Source: Tubiluchus corallicola
Taxonomy: Eukaryota; Animalia; Priapulida
Direction: 5' to 3'
Length of the DNA stretch: 64,000 nucleotides
Assembly (NCBI GenBank): GCA_030141605.1
Contig: JAQGDQ010000062.1
Location: 248,001 to 312,000, forward strand
Shown here piece after piece: positions 23,236-36,800 of the stretch. The position numbers were made by a program, and so were the translations under genes. The notes under the pieces are model-generated. The model saw only the letters and a program-made list of their open reading frames with translations, ran no database searches and was not told where the DNA came from. The first letter of the stretch is position 1. Each line of letters starts with the position of its first letter.

Positions 23236-25234
23236 CTCAAAAGAGCACTTTCATACTTTAAATTTTGAGTTGTCCGGTTTTGTACTTAATATAATTAATG
23301 CTTTAGATATTTGCTCTTCTATAACGCCATAAAGTGTCTACGTTATATATAATTGACATGCGATAGTTTATTTACGTTGGATTTTAACAACTTTGTTAAG
23401 TAATAATTGCAAAAAATACTTTTGTATACTAATACAGTAAGCAGCTGGAATCCGTTTGTGACGCTCAGACTTATTTTAGGCCAGGTTACGTAACTAGTTC
23501 CTACTGTTATAATTCCACCATTAATTATTTTCAATTTTTATTTACGAAGTTTAGTTAAACTGTTTAATGATATAACACTAGAAGCCAACTTGTTCTGAAA
23601 TCAAATTTCACCTGTACATTCAATGATACTGTTTATGCATTACTACTTTATCATGTGATTGAAGCCACGTAGACGAAATTTTGGCTGTTCAGTTCACCCA
23701 GGTATTCCGCTTTAAGTTGTCGAGTTAAGCGGACGTTCTCATGTCATAAAATGATGGTCTAGTAGTAACGGTGCTTGCTTGTAGAAAAGCGATCTGTCTA
23801 CATGGTTACGACAGAGACGATAGTTGCATTCTAGCGATGATACTTACCTGTTGCTGATTAAATTTTCCTGACGCTGATGATACATCACTTATATTGTACG
23901 TACCAGTTGTCGATGATATCTGCTGTTGATGATACTTAACCCGTATTTACCTGACGTTGATGATACTGTCGTTGGTGCTTTCATGCTGTGATTACGAAAT
24001 TGGTGATCCTTACCTTGTGACGAGTGCAGGAGCTTGGATGCTACCATATTTTGGTTTCATATAAGTGGAGGCGAGTACATCAGGAGTCGTCATAGTTTGG
24101 AGACGTCGTTCACGTAATCAGATCCATGAAGAGGTAGTGTAGTCAACCGTTCTATGGTGCACCATTCCTCGATCAAGCCCCTGGTGAGGAGATGCCGCGG
24201 AATGGGAGCAGGAGAATAGTCGCTTGATGATGCCAAGACTGCACTGGTGAAAAACGTTACGTTGTTCTTTTTTTCTTAGCGGGCTTAATCTTTATTATTA
24301 ATATTTGTCTTGTAATGTATTTTGAGATATTCATTAAATTGTTATATTATTTTATTAATTCAGTGGTTTTTTTCCAGTGTTTTTGACGAGGTGTTTTATT
24401 CTTTACCTAAGGGTTACATTTAAGTCACGAATCACCTATTTGCAATAGCGAAAATTAGACTACATCGTCACACAGTTAATATGCAGAGCACATAAATAAT
24501 AATCTATGCACGCAATATTTTTGTAAATTATTCAAATGTAATTGTGAAGGATTTTAGGTTGTACTTCAGTGTTCTTTCATTCTGTAAACCCCCCTATACT
24601 GTCCTTTTTAACTGCATTCATATATGTATGTCTTGACTTGGCTTCTTTCTGTCATGCTCTACTGACAGAGCTAGTTTACCTGGCTAGTTGGCAGTCTGTT
24701 CTTGACTAAGAAAGTTGTTGTTTGTCTCAGTTAAACCATTTATTTGTCAAGAGTAGTAGAGCTGTGATGTAAGTTTATTTTGATTATTCAGTCTCACTTT
24801 ATTATTAATGTCTTTGTTTCCTTTTTGGCTCAAATTAGTTTGTTATATTTTGTTATGATTTTTCTTACAGATAAAACATAATAAAGCTACTCAAACATGA
24901 ATTTTGTTGACTTTGGGCATCATGAAGTAGTAGTCTCTCACAGTAATAATAAAGCAATGTAATGTAACACCTGTATGACAATTAAATGTATATCAAGTTC
25001 ATAATCAAAGTTTTTCAATGAGCCCAGGTCTAAGAATGTTAAATAATGGGGTACTAGAGCCTAAGCTTAGAAACAACTTAGAAACAACTATATATTAGGC
25101 CAATCTTAAACAATTGATTAAGATCAATGGGTGTAATTTTAAACTAACGTTGTCTGTTGATACCTCATTGTATCTTTTGTAATGCATATGCTTTGGAACC
25201 AGCTTTTTTCTTGTTAAAAGTGTTTGTTGTGATT

Positions 25235-25860
25235 TGCGCATTTAGTTTCTTTAAAGCAAAACCGGACCCAATCTTAAACTGTAGGTCAAAACAATCTACT
25301 CTTTAAAATATTGAAAGGGAACATACTATTTTTTTCAAAGATAACTTACGTGTGAAAGAATTGTTACCACACAAACACAATTTCGCGTTCGCGCCACTAG
25401 TTCTTCGCTGTTACATGCATTTCGCCATTCGCTAGCTAGACGGGCACTAGCGCCTGCATTTCGGAAACGTATTACACAAAAACAAGAGATGTACTTATCA
25501 GTTCAAATGTGTTAGTTTCTGACGAAGTTCGACAGCGCATGCGTGAGCACAGCGGTAAAAACTTGCCTAGTTTTAGTACAACACGCTGAACATCTTACAG
25601 TAGCACTGTACTACAATTTTCGCTTTCGCAAATACGTGCGACACGCTCGTAGAATATTTTTGCTGCTGAAAATGATGTTAGTTTGTGATGTCACAATAGT
25701 TGGGCTCGCCCGTCGTTAATTAAGTTTTTAATCTATTATTTTATTATCAGAAACGCTTTTGCAGAATTAATAGCATTGAACTGTATACTGTTTATCGGAC
25801 TTAGTCGAGACACCGATAAAATGGGGTAGTATATGAAAAATCATCCTGCCTTCCTTTAAT
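25235..25860 (-). repeat. Dispersed repeat family A, copy 3
   Basis: Reverse complement of 610-1232. Confidence 0.85.
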
Positions 25861-28513
25861 ACTCTGCAGCTGGCAGTACACACTCTTTGTTAAACCATGG
25901 TATACTCGCACATTTGGGCTTACCGTTATGATTTTTTCAAATTTCCATATTGAACATTATTTTTCTATTTTTTGGAAAATATTTTAACATTCCCTAACTC
26001 CCAGTCCCGTTCTGGCACCCAATTGTTCCTGTGCCCAATTAACTGATATGTAGTTACATAGTATCCTATATTTCAAATGCCCATTTTGCCCGCCCTGTTG
26101 TCCAAAACTGCCGGCAGCCATGATGATTATTTATGTTGCAACCCAGTTCCTGAGCGCCATTTGTCTTGTACCCGATCTTATGGTACCTACACAGTTGTGC
26201 AGTGCGCACTTGTCCTGGTATATTCCTACTACTCAAGCGATTTTTTGCAAAATTAATTTGGCGTTAAGTTGTAACTAAAAAGCAAAAACATTCATATTTC
26301 TCAAAAGAATTAATTCACTAACAGTAAACTTAATAGAAAGGCAATGAAAACGTAAACCTTTGCTGCACAAGGATACGTGTTCATTAACAAACAAAAGAAA
26401 AACGAGTGAGTGGACAGTTGTAGAGATAAAAATTGCATTCTCAGTAGTTTCATGATTAGAAGCAACTCCTCCGCAGCTGTGAGCTGGGTTCGATTTCTTT
26501 TCACAAATATTTAGGTATTGTAGAGTTGTTGTGCACCTGGATTTTAAAAAAAATGCATGGAATGCTTGTAATCTTCCAAGGAGGGGTTAGGGGGCAAAAA
26601 TTCCGTTGTGGAAATTATAGCCTGGCCATTATTGTTTGTGTGGGTAGCGTAGGGTAAGAATATGATATTGGTGACCTTTAACATTTGGTTCACTTGTCGG
26701 TGTGACCAAATATTTGATTTACGCAGCTATTGCTTATTACCTGCAAAAGTATGCAAGCTAGTGTCATGAAACCTAATGCGCTTTGATTAGACGAACTGAA
26801 TTACGTTGGTGACCCGACATTGCTTGGTTCCCGACCCACGGGTTACGGATTTAAAAGTGACAACTCCTGATTTTATTGAAATTAAACGCAATTTCTTTAG
26901 ACCCGTGCACTCAGGTCATGCACCCTATAATGGTCCCATATGATAATGCAGGGAATCGCCAACATAACAGTCATGCACATACTTTTTTATATTGATAAGC
27001 TAGGCTTATGACGAAGAGATAAAGTTTTCCTTTGTCCTTTTAATTTAACTTTGTAATGCACTAAATCAATCACATTGTGATGTTATAAATTACTACAACT
27101 GTTAGCTCGGTCACTTTGCTGGGTAGGCGAGAATCACATCATGGAGAAAGCTCTTCATGTTAAAATCACGTTTGATGTAGTCTCAGAGTCCTAGTGCAAG
27201 TTTCATAGACCCGAGGAAAGGCAAGCGATCACAGAAAGACATAACGGTACACCGCAATTTACTTTATTACTGTCATCGATCCTCAACTGCTAACTGTCAC
27301 TTGTTGGTCAAAACGGTCGAGGTGGTAGATTGTAAATAGGTCGAATGCACTTGAGGAGTGTGGCGGTTTGTTCTGTTGCCGTATCTGCACGTAGACGTAG
27401 AACGTTTACCGTGCTGGAACGTCGCTGTATGCATACTGTCCTGCATACATCTGCAAGCTGTGAGTGTCAGTGTGGACTATCGTATTGTCCACACTAAACA
27501 TGGCAGAACGAAAATACTAGCAGATTCCACCGGACATCCTTTTTTATTGCCGTTTTCTGGCTAAACGAAACTGGACTCGCAATTTTGGCGCAGTGCATCA
27601 GATTCTTCGTCATTGCGAATCCAATGATATATGACACACCTCTGTGGGGTTTAAATCTTCCATTCACAAAGCGTTTAAATGAAACCATGTCGATACCTAT
27701 TATATGAGTGGGTTACCTATACATATAGGTAAGTTATGTCTTTATTGTTAACCATTATTACACTGGCGAAAAGACAGACTGGCAGACTGGCGAAAAAGAA
27801 GCCTGGCGAAAAGACAAGTGGCGAAACGACATACAATCGTTTAGCTTGCAGTGTTTTGTAGTCGATAACAGTAGTTGCGTAGTAGACATACAGACAAACT
27901 GGTATTTATGCAGTCATGCAGGCTAACAGATGACAGCACATCACACCAATAATGTTTCCTTGAATCAATTTGCTTGAGTTTAAAAGCGCAAAAAGCCGCG
28001 TCAAAGAACTAAACAGCTGCTACAGTGTCTTTGCACGTCACACAACAAAAAGGTTTTTAAAGCAGAAATATAAGATTAAAATTACTGCATCTTATCACAT
28101 TTTAGCAAAATTAAAACTCAATTGCAGCCATATTACAGGCGTTAACGTAGAACTTGTCCAGGCATCACATCAACCATTATTTCAAAGTAGGTAGAGGATA
28201 TGCAGGTATGCACTTACTGGATATACACTTATGCTACAGGTAAGTCAGCTGGCAGAAGTCTTACAAAACTAGCACTAGATGGCAGTACCTTGCAAAAACT
28301 TCTATAGCAATTCCAACAACCTGTTACCTCCCTATCTAGAAGCATCACATACTCAAAAGTGAGTATGTGATATACCTCCCTATATGTGAGTATATGTGAG
28401 TATGTGAGTATACCTCCCTATCACATACTCAAAAGTGACAAACTTGGATTTCGTTAAAGCAAGAGCTATTTCTAAAAAAATCAAGAATAGCGAATCAATG
28501 TAAGCAAGTATTA

Positions 28514-29832
28514 GGGGAGACCGGGGCTGATGTAACACAGGTAAGATGAAAAACTACCTTTACATATCCATTCAACATTGTGTAAGAGTTCACAAGAAGA
28601 CTAGGCAACAATCACGTTTGGGCAACCTTCATTATACATGCATGTCAGAAATAACGAGTTTGGTGCAGCATAGTCCTCAGCACGAGGCAGCTTTAACAAC
28701 TGAAAGTAAATTTTTGCTTTTTTGGAATATTTAATCTACTAATTAAGTACGCTATTTTCAAATTTTATTAAGTACTAAGTAAGAATGTGGTCACCTTTAA
28801 CCACACTATGCTATAACAATTTTTTTTTAAAACACTCATATATTTTTTAATTTTGGTTTTGTAGTACAAAAGTCCTCATGGGGTTAGTTGTAACACTATT
28901 GTTTAACATAGCCATTTTATACATGCTGATAATTACAACGCCACAATTGCGATTTTGACGATTCCAGTTACTAGTCCATCACGTACCAACAACTACTGTT
29001 AATTTTGATCGACGTTTGTTTATCAGAATTAAAATTTATTGCTAGACATATATGTTCAATAATTTTGTTGTTAAAATTTTGATCAGTATTTTTCAATACA
29101 ATGTAAATGAAATTTCTCTATTCTGGAATGGGTGACATGTTGAATTTGTGTATTGGTTTGTTTCTATACTAAAGTGTACAATTGATGTAGGTTCATTTAA
29201 AAAACCTTGCCAGATGACTGAATATAACTGCCACTGTTTCAACTTATCACAGGCTGTGTTACAACATACTCCAAGTGAGGGGCTTGTTCTTACATTCGTA
29301 ATCCCTTACAACGTTAATGACTACATGTCTAGAGGGCTTTGTGTACTTTGTCTGGGTACTAGTCTATGACACATTCACTAAATCATACCACAATCCTGGT
29401 ACAGATTATGCAAAACATGGCATCATTGATAAATCTTTATAGCTGATGTCAAAATAGCACAATCTACTATCTTTCTTCCTACCATTTTCACTAACACATC
29501 CTTCTACCCTTCCTGTGTGATCTAACCTTTCTCATAGTTCTTTTTTTTGTTCACTCATCCATTCTTTTTTATCAGGTTCACATGACAGTGGGCTTAAACA
29601 AGCCTTTGCTTCTCTGGCCCACTGCAGTACAATTATTCTTTTATGATAACGATAGTGTATGAAACATAACAATTTAATACAGTATGACGTAACAATTTTG
29701 ATGTCACTGTGTGTTTAATGTCATTATATTGTACTGAATGTGATAATAATAAAACTTCAAACTTCAAAACTTCAAACTAAGCGTTTTACAAGAGAAAATA
29801 TACGAAATGTTGCAACCATCCCTGATGTCCCC
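28514..29832. mobile_element. Non-autonomous DNA transposon with GGGGA termini and TA flanks
   Basis: TA|GGGGAGACCGGGGCTGATGTAAC ... GTTGCAACCATCCCTGATGTCCCC|TA, with internal subterminal copies of the motif. Confidence 0.6.
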
Positions 29833-30304
29833 TATGACATTTAAACAAATATTTTAAGGTTTTTTTCAAGGTCAAACTATGGGCTAACAGAGTCTTCTAG
29901 CCCAAAGTGCACTTTCTAGGCAATAAAGCATAGCGATTTCAACAAAAGCACAACTATAAACGAGAAACAAAAGGTTGATGTCGTTCAAAAGTCACAAGAA
30001 ATAGTGAAACAGACATTGGGATTAAGTGTCATTCCTAGGCAGCATGGCGACCTAGGAATGCTCATAATTTTGCTTTCAATAATACAAAATTGATCGTAAG
30101 ACAAAAAGACTGAGATCAGTTTAAGGCAAACTCGTAGAGTAACACGTTTCATTGAAATAAAGCGTAATTCCCAGGTATTCAAACATGGCGCTGTTTCATA
30201 ATTTTGCTTTCAATAAAGACAAAATGTTAAAGTCAGTTCGGTAGAGTAATACATTGCACTGAAATAAAATGCAATAATCCTTTTCACAGTTACAGCGATT
30301 GATG

Positions 30305-30666
30305 ATGATCGTGAGAAGGCCAAAGATTAAGTGTACCAGACAACGCATTTGTGCACACCTGAGAACGCTTCGCAGCCCATACTATTGTATTAGTAACCGT
30401 TTTAACAGCTAGCTAGAATACTACCTAGTTCATTTTTTCTTGTTCCCAAGCAAGATCCTGCTAGTAAATCACCCCATGCACAGAAAAATGCATAACTAAG
30501 TAAACTCCAAGCAAAACAACTGAAGTTACTGAATTGATGCGGCAGCCGGCTTTGCTTTACCCACACGTCACGTGACTGTTGTTCTTAAGACGCATTGCTG
30601 TGATACACTTAACCTTTGACCTACAGCAACTGCGCGTATGCATAACAAACTGCGAAAAGGCTTATT
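30305..30666 (+). repeat. Dispersed repeat family C, copy 2
   Basis: Colinear with 15790-16160. Confidence 0.85.
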
Positions 30667-31817
30667 CCTAGGCAATTTAACATTGCGAAATCAGCAAAAG
30701 CAGATTTATGATCTCCAGACGAAACTTGTGACTAACTGTTCTCATGATAATTACCATTCCCCCTGGAAACAGCTATTCCAATCCTTTATATACATTTTGA
30801 TGTGAAAGGTACATTTTACGAAACTGCATGTGGTAGCTTTCTAATCGACAATCTTAGATTGGTTCACAAAAACTTGTTGTTAATAAATCATGAGCTATTG
30901 TACTCGAGCAACAAGTATATACTTGTACTTTGCTGATCTGCGTTATTCCGCAGATTGTCAACTAATGAAAGCCATTAATAAATGAGCATGTCAATGTAAA
31001 TACTTCACGAAAATTTCTCTTGCAAAGTTAACGATCCCGGAAATTTGGCAACCAAACGTCACTAACACCGCCGAAAGGAAGAAGTTTTGCAATGTTTGCT
31101 AATGTCGATGAACTAGATAACAACTTTTGTTTTTAAAATGCGTATCTGGTCAATGATCTTTGACACTATTTAAAATGAATACGGTAGTTAATTACCGTAA
31201 AACGACAAGCAGCTGCGTTCGCAAGCCTGTTTAACAAGTGATTGTAGCGAGACTGTAATTCTGTAATAATGTAATAAATAATATAATAATGTAATTCTGT
31301 AATAAACACGGTGATTCTGTATTAACAGTCCTGAAATCTGATGTCTATATAAGTTCACACAAAATCGCAAAAACTACTGAAAAGGGCACATTTGACCATC
31401 TTGGCATCCTACATATCAAATGGTCATGGTGTTGAAGGCCAATTATACAAAACTAGTAAAATTATTAATTGCTGACACAAGTTCGCAATCGAGACATTTA
31501 TTTTTTAACGTCATCTGTCAATGGAACTTAATTTAGGTTGTAATTTAATATTTAATGTAAGAAACCGAAAAAAAACTAAATTGAACGATTAACCTGGATT
31601 TGACTGAAATGTTTGTTATGATTAGATAAAGCTGCATTCAACCGTAATTAAGACCATCACCACCACTGCCGCCACTGCTGCTTGCGCCTACACCACCACC
31701 ACCACCACCGCCTATCATCGTCACCTTCGTCGAAGTCGCTATTCTTTTTATTATTACTTATAACTCACACTTGTACAATATCATAATATTAAAAACAGGG
31801 GCAAATTATTTTAATTT

Positions 31818-32285
31818 ACTTGAACTCGAAAAACAGGAAAATGTAAAAAATTTTACGCCGCCGGGATTTGAACCAGGGACCTTGGGCTTGCAAGGCATAC
31901 CACCAGGCCAGTGTGTTTCATCGGTGACAGTCCAACGTTCATCCTTTATAGCTGGTCAAACATTTCAGCGTTTCCTATGGTAAGTCGCTCGCAATAAAGT
32001 GATTCAATCTAATTTCGTGATTTTTATTTGATTAATTTTGAGCTTGAAATTTTCGTGAACAGCCTCAAAGTCAATCAAACGAAAATCATCTAATTAGTTA
32101 ATTTCACTCTAGTATGAGAGCGATCTAACATTAGAAATGCTGAACGGTTGACCGTCTGAAAGGTGTGAACTTTTGACTGCGATAATCACTGGGAAAATAT
32201 CGGCCTTGTAAGCCGAAGGTCCCTGGTTCAAATCCCAGGTGTGTTTAACTTTTACCACTTCGTTGTTTGTAAATTATATTCAAGT
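31818..32285. mobile_element. Palindromic element whose two arms carry tRNA-like anticodon and T arms
   Basis: Arms ~31818-32015 and ~32092-32285 are diverged reverse complements; each has GGTTCAAATCC (B box). Confidence 0.65.
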
Positions 32286-32863
32286 TAATTGTAGTCAGAA
32301 ATGAAATGCTAGAAATGAAGTGCGTGTCAGCGTCAAATACTACTAATTCTAATCCATACAAAATAAACAAAAGTATGCCTATGTCAGGTTAGCTACGTGT
32401 TTTCACTAACTATCTATGCGTACAGATATTATTATGTAGGCCCATGTCATTGATGGCATGTACGAATTTCAGGTTTCCAATTAATGAGAGGAAATGAATC
32501 GTTATTTTGACCCAACTGAACTGCGACACATGGAAAAAGGTGACCCTGCTGACCTGTTGACCAGGTTTAATGAACCACCTTCTAATTCTACCATCAGACC
32601 GTCCATTTGTTTATTCGTTTGTTCATTCATTCGTCAATCCGACTGTTAGTTAGTGCATTCTTTTGTTCATTCGTTCGTCCGTCCTTCTGTTTGTTCGTTC
32701 ATTCGTTTGCTTATCCGGACGCGCGTCCATTTGTCTATTTGTTTGTTTTATATTGTTTGTTCGTTTGTTTGTTTATTAATATTTTAAAGTAAGAAAATGC
32801 TAGTTTGCTAATTTTCTGGTTATGGTATCAAATGAACTTGTAAATGCTAATGACGAAAGCCAC

Positions 32864-32952
32864 AGGTCATTCTCAGCACACGGGTCATTAACACGCTGAA
32901 AAACTACCTTACTATCGTCGCCACATTTAGAGAAATTGACATTTCCTGCTTT
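32864..32952 (+). promoter_or_regulatory. Conserved cis-module upstream of the collagen gene (RGGTCA DR12 + TTTCCTGCTTT)
   Basis: AGGTCA 32864-69, GGGTCA 32882-87, TTAACA, GAAAAAC, TGACATTTCCTGCTTT; a putative non-coding first exon ends at donor 33053 (gtaaga). Confidence 0.6.
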
Positions 32953-33726
32953 CTCTTTTGCACTAACTGAAACACAGTTTGTCTCTTATGCTTTCCTCTC
33001 TGTAAGGTTGTTATAGACATAGTTGTTACGTCCAGGGTTTTCTCAAATTCAGGTAAGACAGAAATTATTTGTAATAAAAATTATAATTTCGCACGGGCGT
33101 GGCTTACTTCAGTTTTGCAGTGTTCATTTAATTTTTTTAAAAAAATTAACCGTAGCCGTCACGGCAGCTTTAATTTAACATCATTAATTTTGCTTTTCCT
33201 CAAATTATAGTTTTAATCTGTTATTAATTAATTACAATGTTAATCAGTCTGTATTTCGGTTTTTACTAGAGACTTCACATTTACTGTTAAATAGCACTAA
33301 ACAGTATTAACTGTTACGAGCGCATCCTGTTTCATTGATAGAATAGGACGGTAAAAATTGTTTTTTTTCTATAGTTATTGTAAATAAATAAGTAAATCAA
33401 ATCGAGTCTGATTTACTTTAATCTTGCTCGATTTCCTCCCGACCAATTCGATATTACCTGACTGGACTGAGTCTAATTTGCTCATTTCGTTTTGTTTTTT
33501 CAAACCAACAGAATTTGCAAAATTGAATCGAATAAATCCAGAGCAGTAACGTTCACTCCAGTTCTGACCTGTCCGGTAAAGTCCCTTGCAATGGCACAAG
33601 TCAATTTAATACAATCGAAAGAAATAAAATCATATCAAACTAAACCAAGTAAAATTAAATCAAATTAAATCAGAGGTTTATTCGATTCTCATAGAAATTT
33701 TAATGTCGTTTTAGGTTCTTTCAACC

Positions 33727-33832
33727 ATGTCCGATTTGAGAAATGTGACTCGAACCTTCGCATACCTGATATTACTGGTGCTATTTGGAAGTATTGTTAC
33801 TCAACAAAGCGGAAGACTACAAAGTCGACGAG
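33727..33832 (+). CDS. Collagen first coding exon (signal peptide)
   Basis: [35 protein letters not shown]; exon begins 33715 after ttag acceptor, donor gtaatc. Confidence 0.8.
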
Positions 33833-36800
33833 GTAATCTACTGTGTTTTATTATAAGCTCACTATTCATTTTAATGGAAAAATTAAACGATAATGTAAAT
33901 AAATAAATAAATATAATTTACGGTTTTATAAAAATTAGCAAAACGGTCCAACTTCAAACTTGCCATATATTATATTGGGAATGTGCAGAAAAGTCAAGGC
34001 AAAAATGCAATTTTCAACTTACTATTCCAATCAAAGTGATATTTTTAACAAAATGGGTTTTAGTATTATTACTTGCAAAAATAAGTAGGATCGAGGAGCT
34101 CGTAGTGGTGAAAGAAATTCCTTGTTTTCTGGTAGTTTAGAAACGACTGACCAGCTGAGAGATGACTTAAAACTTTAAAATGTGAACAAATGCACAAATA
34201 AGTTATTTCATGAATAGTATAATAGAGGAGTTTGGCGCCTGTATGAGTGTGAAGATTTCTCTACGTACTATTAAAGGTTAAAAAAAACATTGTCTTCGAT
34301 CAAGAGTCTTCTTCTAACTTAAGAATCTTTTCCCATTAGAAAACAAAAATCCTTGAACATTGTTGTGTTCTCAATCAAATAATGCTTCACTGCTTGTTTC
34401 TTTAAAAAATGTTTTGTTTGGAATGTTATATTATTCAAAATTGCATTTTTTGCACCAAACTTGTTTTCCAGCAATAAATGTTTGGACGCAATTAACCCCG
34501 AGACGTCTTCACAACATATGGTAACTCGTAAATGCCAGCAGAGGAAATAGCTGTGATGCTTGTAGAAAAGCTATGTGCATTGCATCCAGAAACTTACTTA
34601 AGTTTGTTCTGACCGTTTGGTTTAGTACGTGACTGATGTTGTATAAAGTTCCAATAATTTTAAAAACACTAAATTTAAAATTCCCAAAAAATTTAAAGGC
34701 GAAGGAAAAAGAATTTTATAGTACATTCCAAAGAACCTTCCGTGCACTTTCTATACTTAGCACTACACTCACACTCAACTGGAAAAGAAAATGCTTAATA
34801 ATTTCAAATAATCGCGCCACCTGGGAAAACGGCACTGCATCGCCTTCCCTGTTTGGCCACTGGTTCACCAAAAACACATTATTAATCTCACTGACAAAGT
34901 AAAGTAGTTTATGCTTTTGCTTAGTTAGTGAAGTGTGTGCTACGAATGCTCTGATTATTTTTCAAATTTGAGCAAAGTTTTCTAAACTTATTCCAAACGA
35001 CTTATCCGCAAAATAGCTGCGCCTAACGGTCAACGCGAGAGTCTAAATTTCCAAGTTTTATACAGCGTTGCTAACCCAAGTTCTTTGCGCAATAAGACAG
35101 TATCTAAGTGATATAAAAGTTCAAAACGAAATTTTAAAGATTTTTTGTAAATGTTTCCTTGTACTTAAAACAATATAAAATAAGGTATTTTTGGCGCAGA
35201 GAAATATACCTTTGAAAATATGTTATGTTTCTGCGTAGTCAACCATATGAACACTGAGGGTTATTCAGAAGTTTTCCTTCAAACACCGTCAAACTTAAGC
35301 TTATTCTTCCTCCATTTTTTGCAGAAACATTATTGGAAATAGTGGATGACTTACTAGAGGAATTTAGTGATTTGCCGCCAGATTTTTTTAGTGACGTCGA
35401 TCGTAAGTATCTCATTCGCTTGATGCGATTAGCGCTACATTATTATTGTTCTGCGATTTGTTAAAAGCTCTGAACAACAAACAATCATTCATGAACATTG
35501 AACAATCAATCGTATATATTAATTTCGCTGGTATATATATATATATATATACAAAAAGAAGTAAATTCAGATAGCACAAGTAAAATTGTCCCAGCATCAG
35601 CAATTCCATCCATCCAGATCAGCAACAGAAATCTACATCAGTCCTAACAGCTGTCTAGATTAGTTCAAACAGCGTAAAATGAAAACCTATACACCCATTT
35701 CTCCGTGAAAAGAGTTCATTGATCCACTCCTTTGTGAATACAGTGTATCGCCATCTATCCACGCTGTCCCAAAGAAACACTGTGCAGCAAGTCTTTAAAC
35801 ACAAATCACAGTCTTTCAGCAGACATCAGTGAACATGTAAACGTTGAAGCTCAGTCCAGTGCATAGGTAAATTTACGTTTCCTGCACCTGTGAAGGCAAG
35901 CGACATTTTACGAGTGCCACCTTTGCTTTGAAAATATCCAAAATAGCGCCAGTGTCCAGAAAATTTTATAGATGACTGCCGGTAGGTGTCGTCACAGAAG
36001 CGATAATGACAAATTTAGGTGTATAATCAAAATGGCTAAAATAGCTGACAACATCAAATTCTCACAAGTCAGTTATCTCATCTCACAACATAGTCAACGT
36101 ATCTACACAAGTATCTACATAAATAAATAAATAAATAAATAAAAAGTAATTATTTTTCAAAAATTGTGTACTGTCACCCTAAATTTTAATTTTCTTTCAA
36201 ACAGCTTGTTTAACTAACACATGTGTACTGAGTTGGGAACTGGTCATGTATCATATATGTGCTGATTTTGTGGCACAATTATCTGCAATTCTAGAGCCAA
36301 CCCCTTTCCTAAAAGTGGTCTATATGGTGTTCATTCCTCTGACATCAGGACAACATAACCTACTTCAAGGTTAAATTGTACTGGCCTTTACAAGTTGAAT
36401 TTAATTTTCGGCTATTTTTATACTGAAATAAAGTTATCAGGCATTCAGTCTCCGACGATATCTCCATCTCTTGACAATGTCAATGTTTTCACGAGGGAAT
36501 CTAGTATTTATAATTATATCATGTGCAATGCAGCTTGCTTTAGTAATGTTGTTTTCGAAAGCTGATATAAAATCAGTCATTCTATTATCCGAACAAACAA
36601 GGTGGACGATAATAGACTGCAAAGAGTATAGTTTTGGTTTGTGTACGAATTTTTAGCCAAAATGGGTACGAAAAATTATCGAATGGTTGAATGGGCAAAG
36701 AGTGGGTACCCGTGAATATCTCTATATCGGGTTTCGTGCATATAAAATATAAAATACTATACACGAAGTTATAATAACGAACATAAGTTACAGTATTAAA

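Noticed and set aside
32473-32539. Possible upstream coding exon (MNRYFDPTELRHMEK) for the collagen gene
   Set aside because: Splicing to 33715 puts it in a frame that misses the signal peptide and stops in the next exon; it also lies upstream of the putative promoter module.
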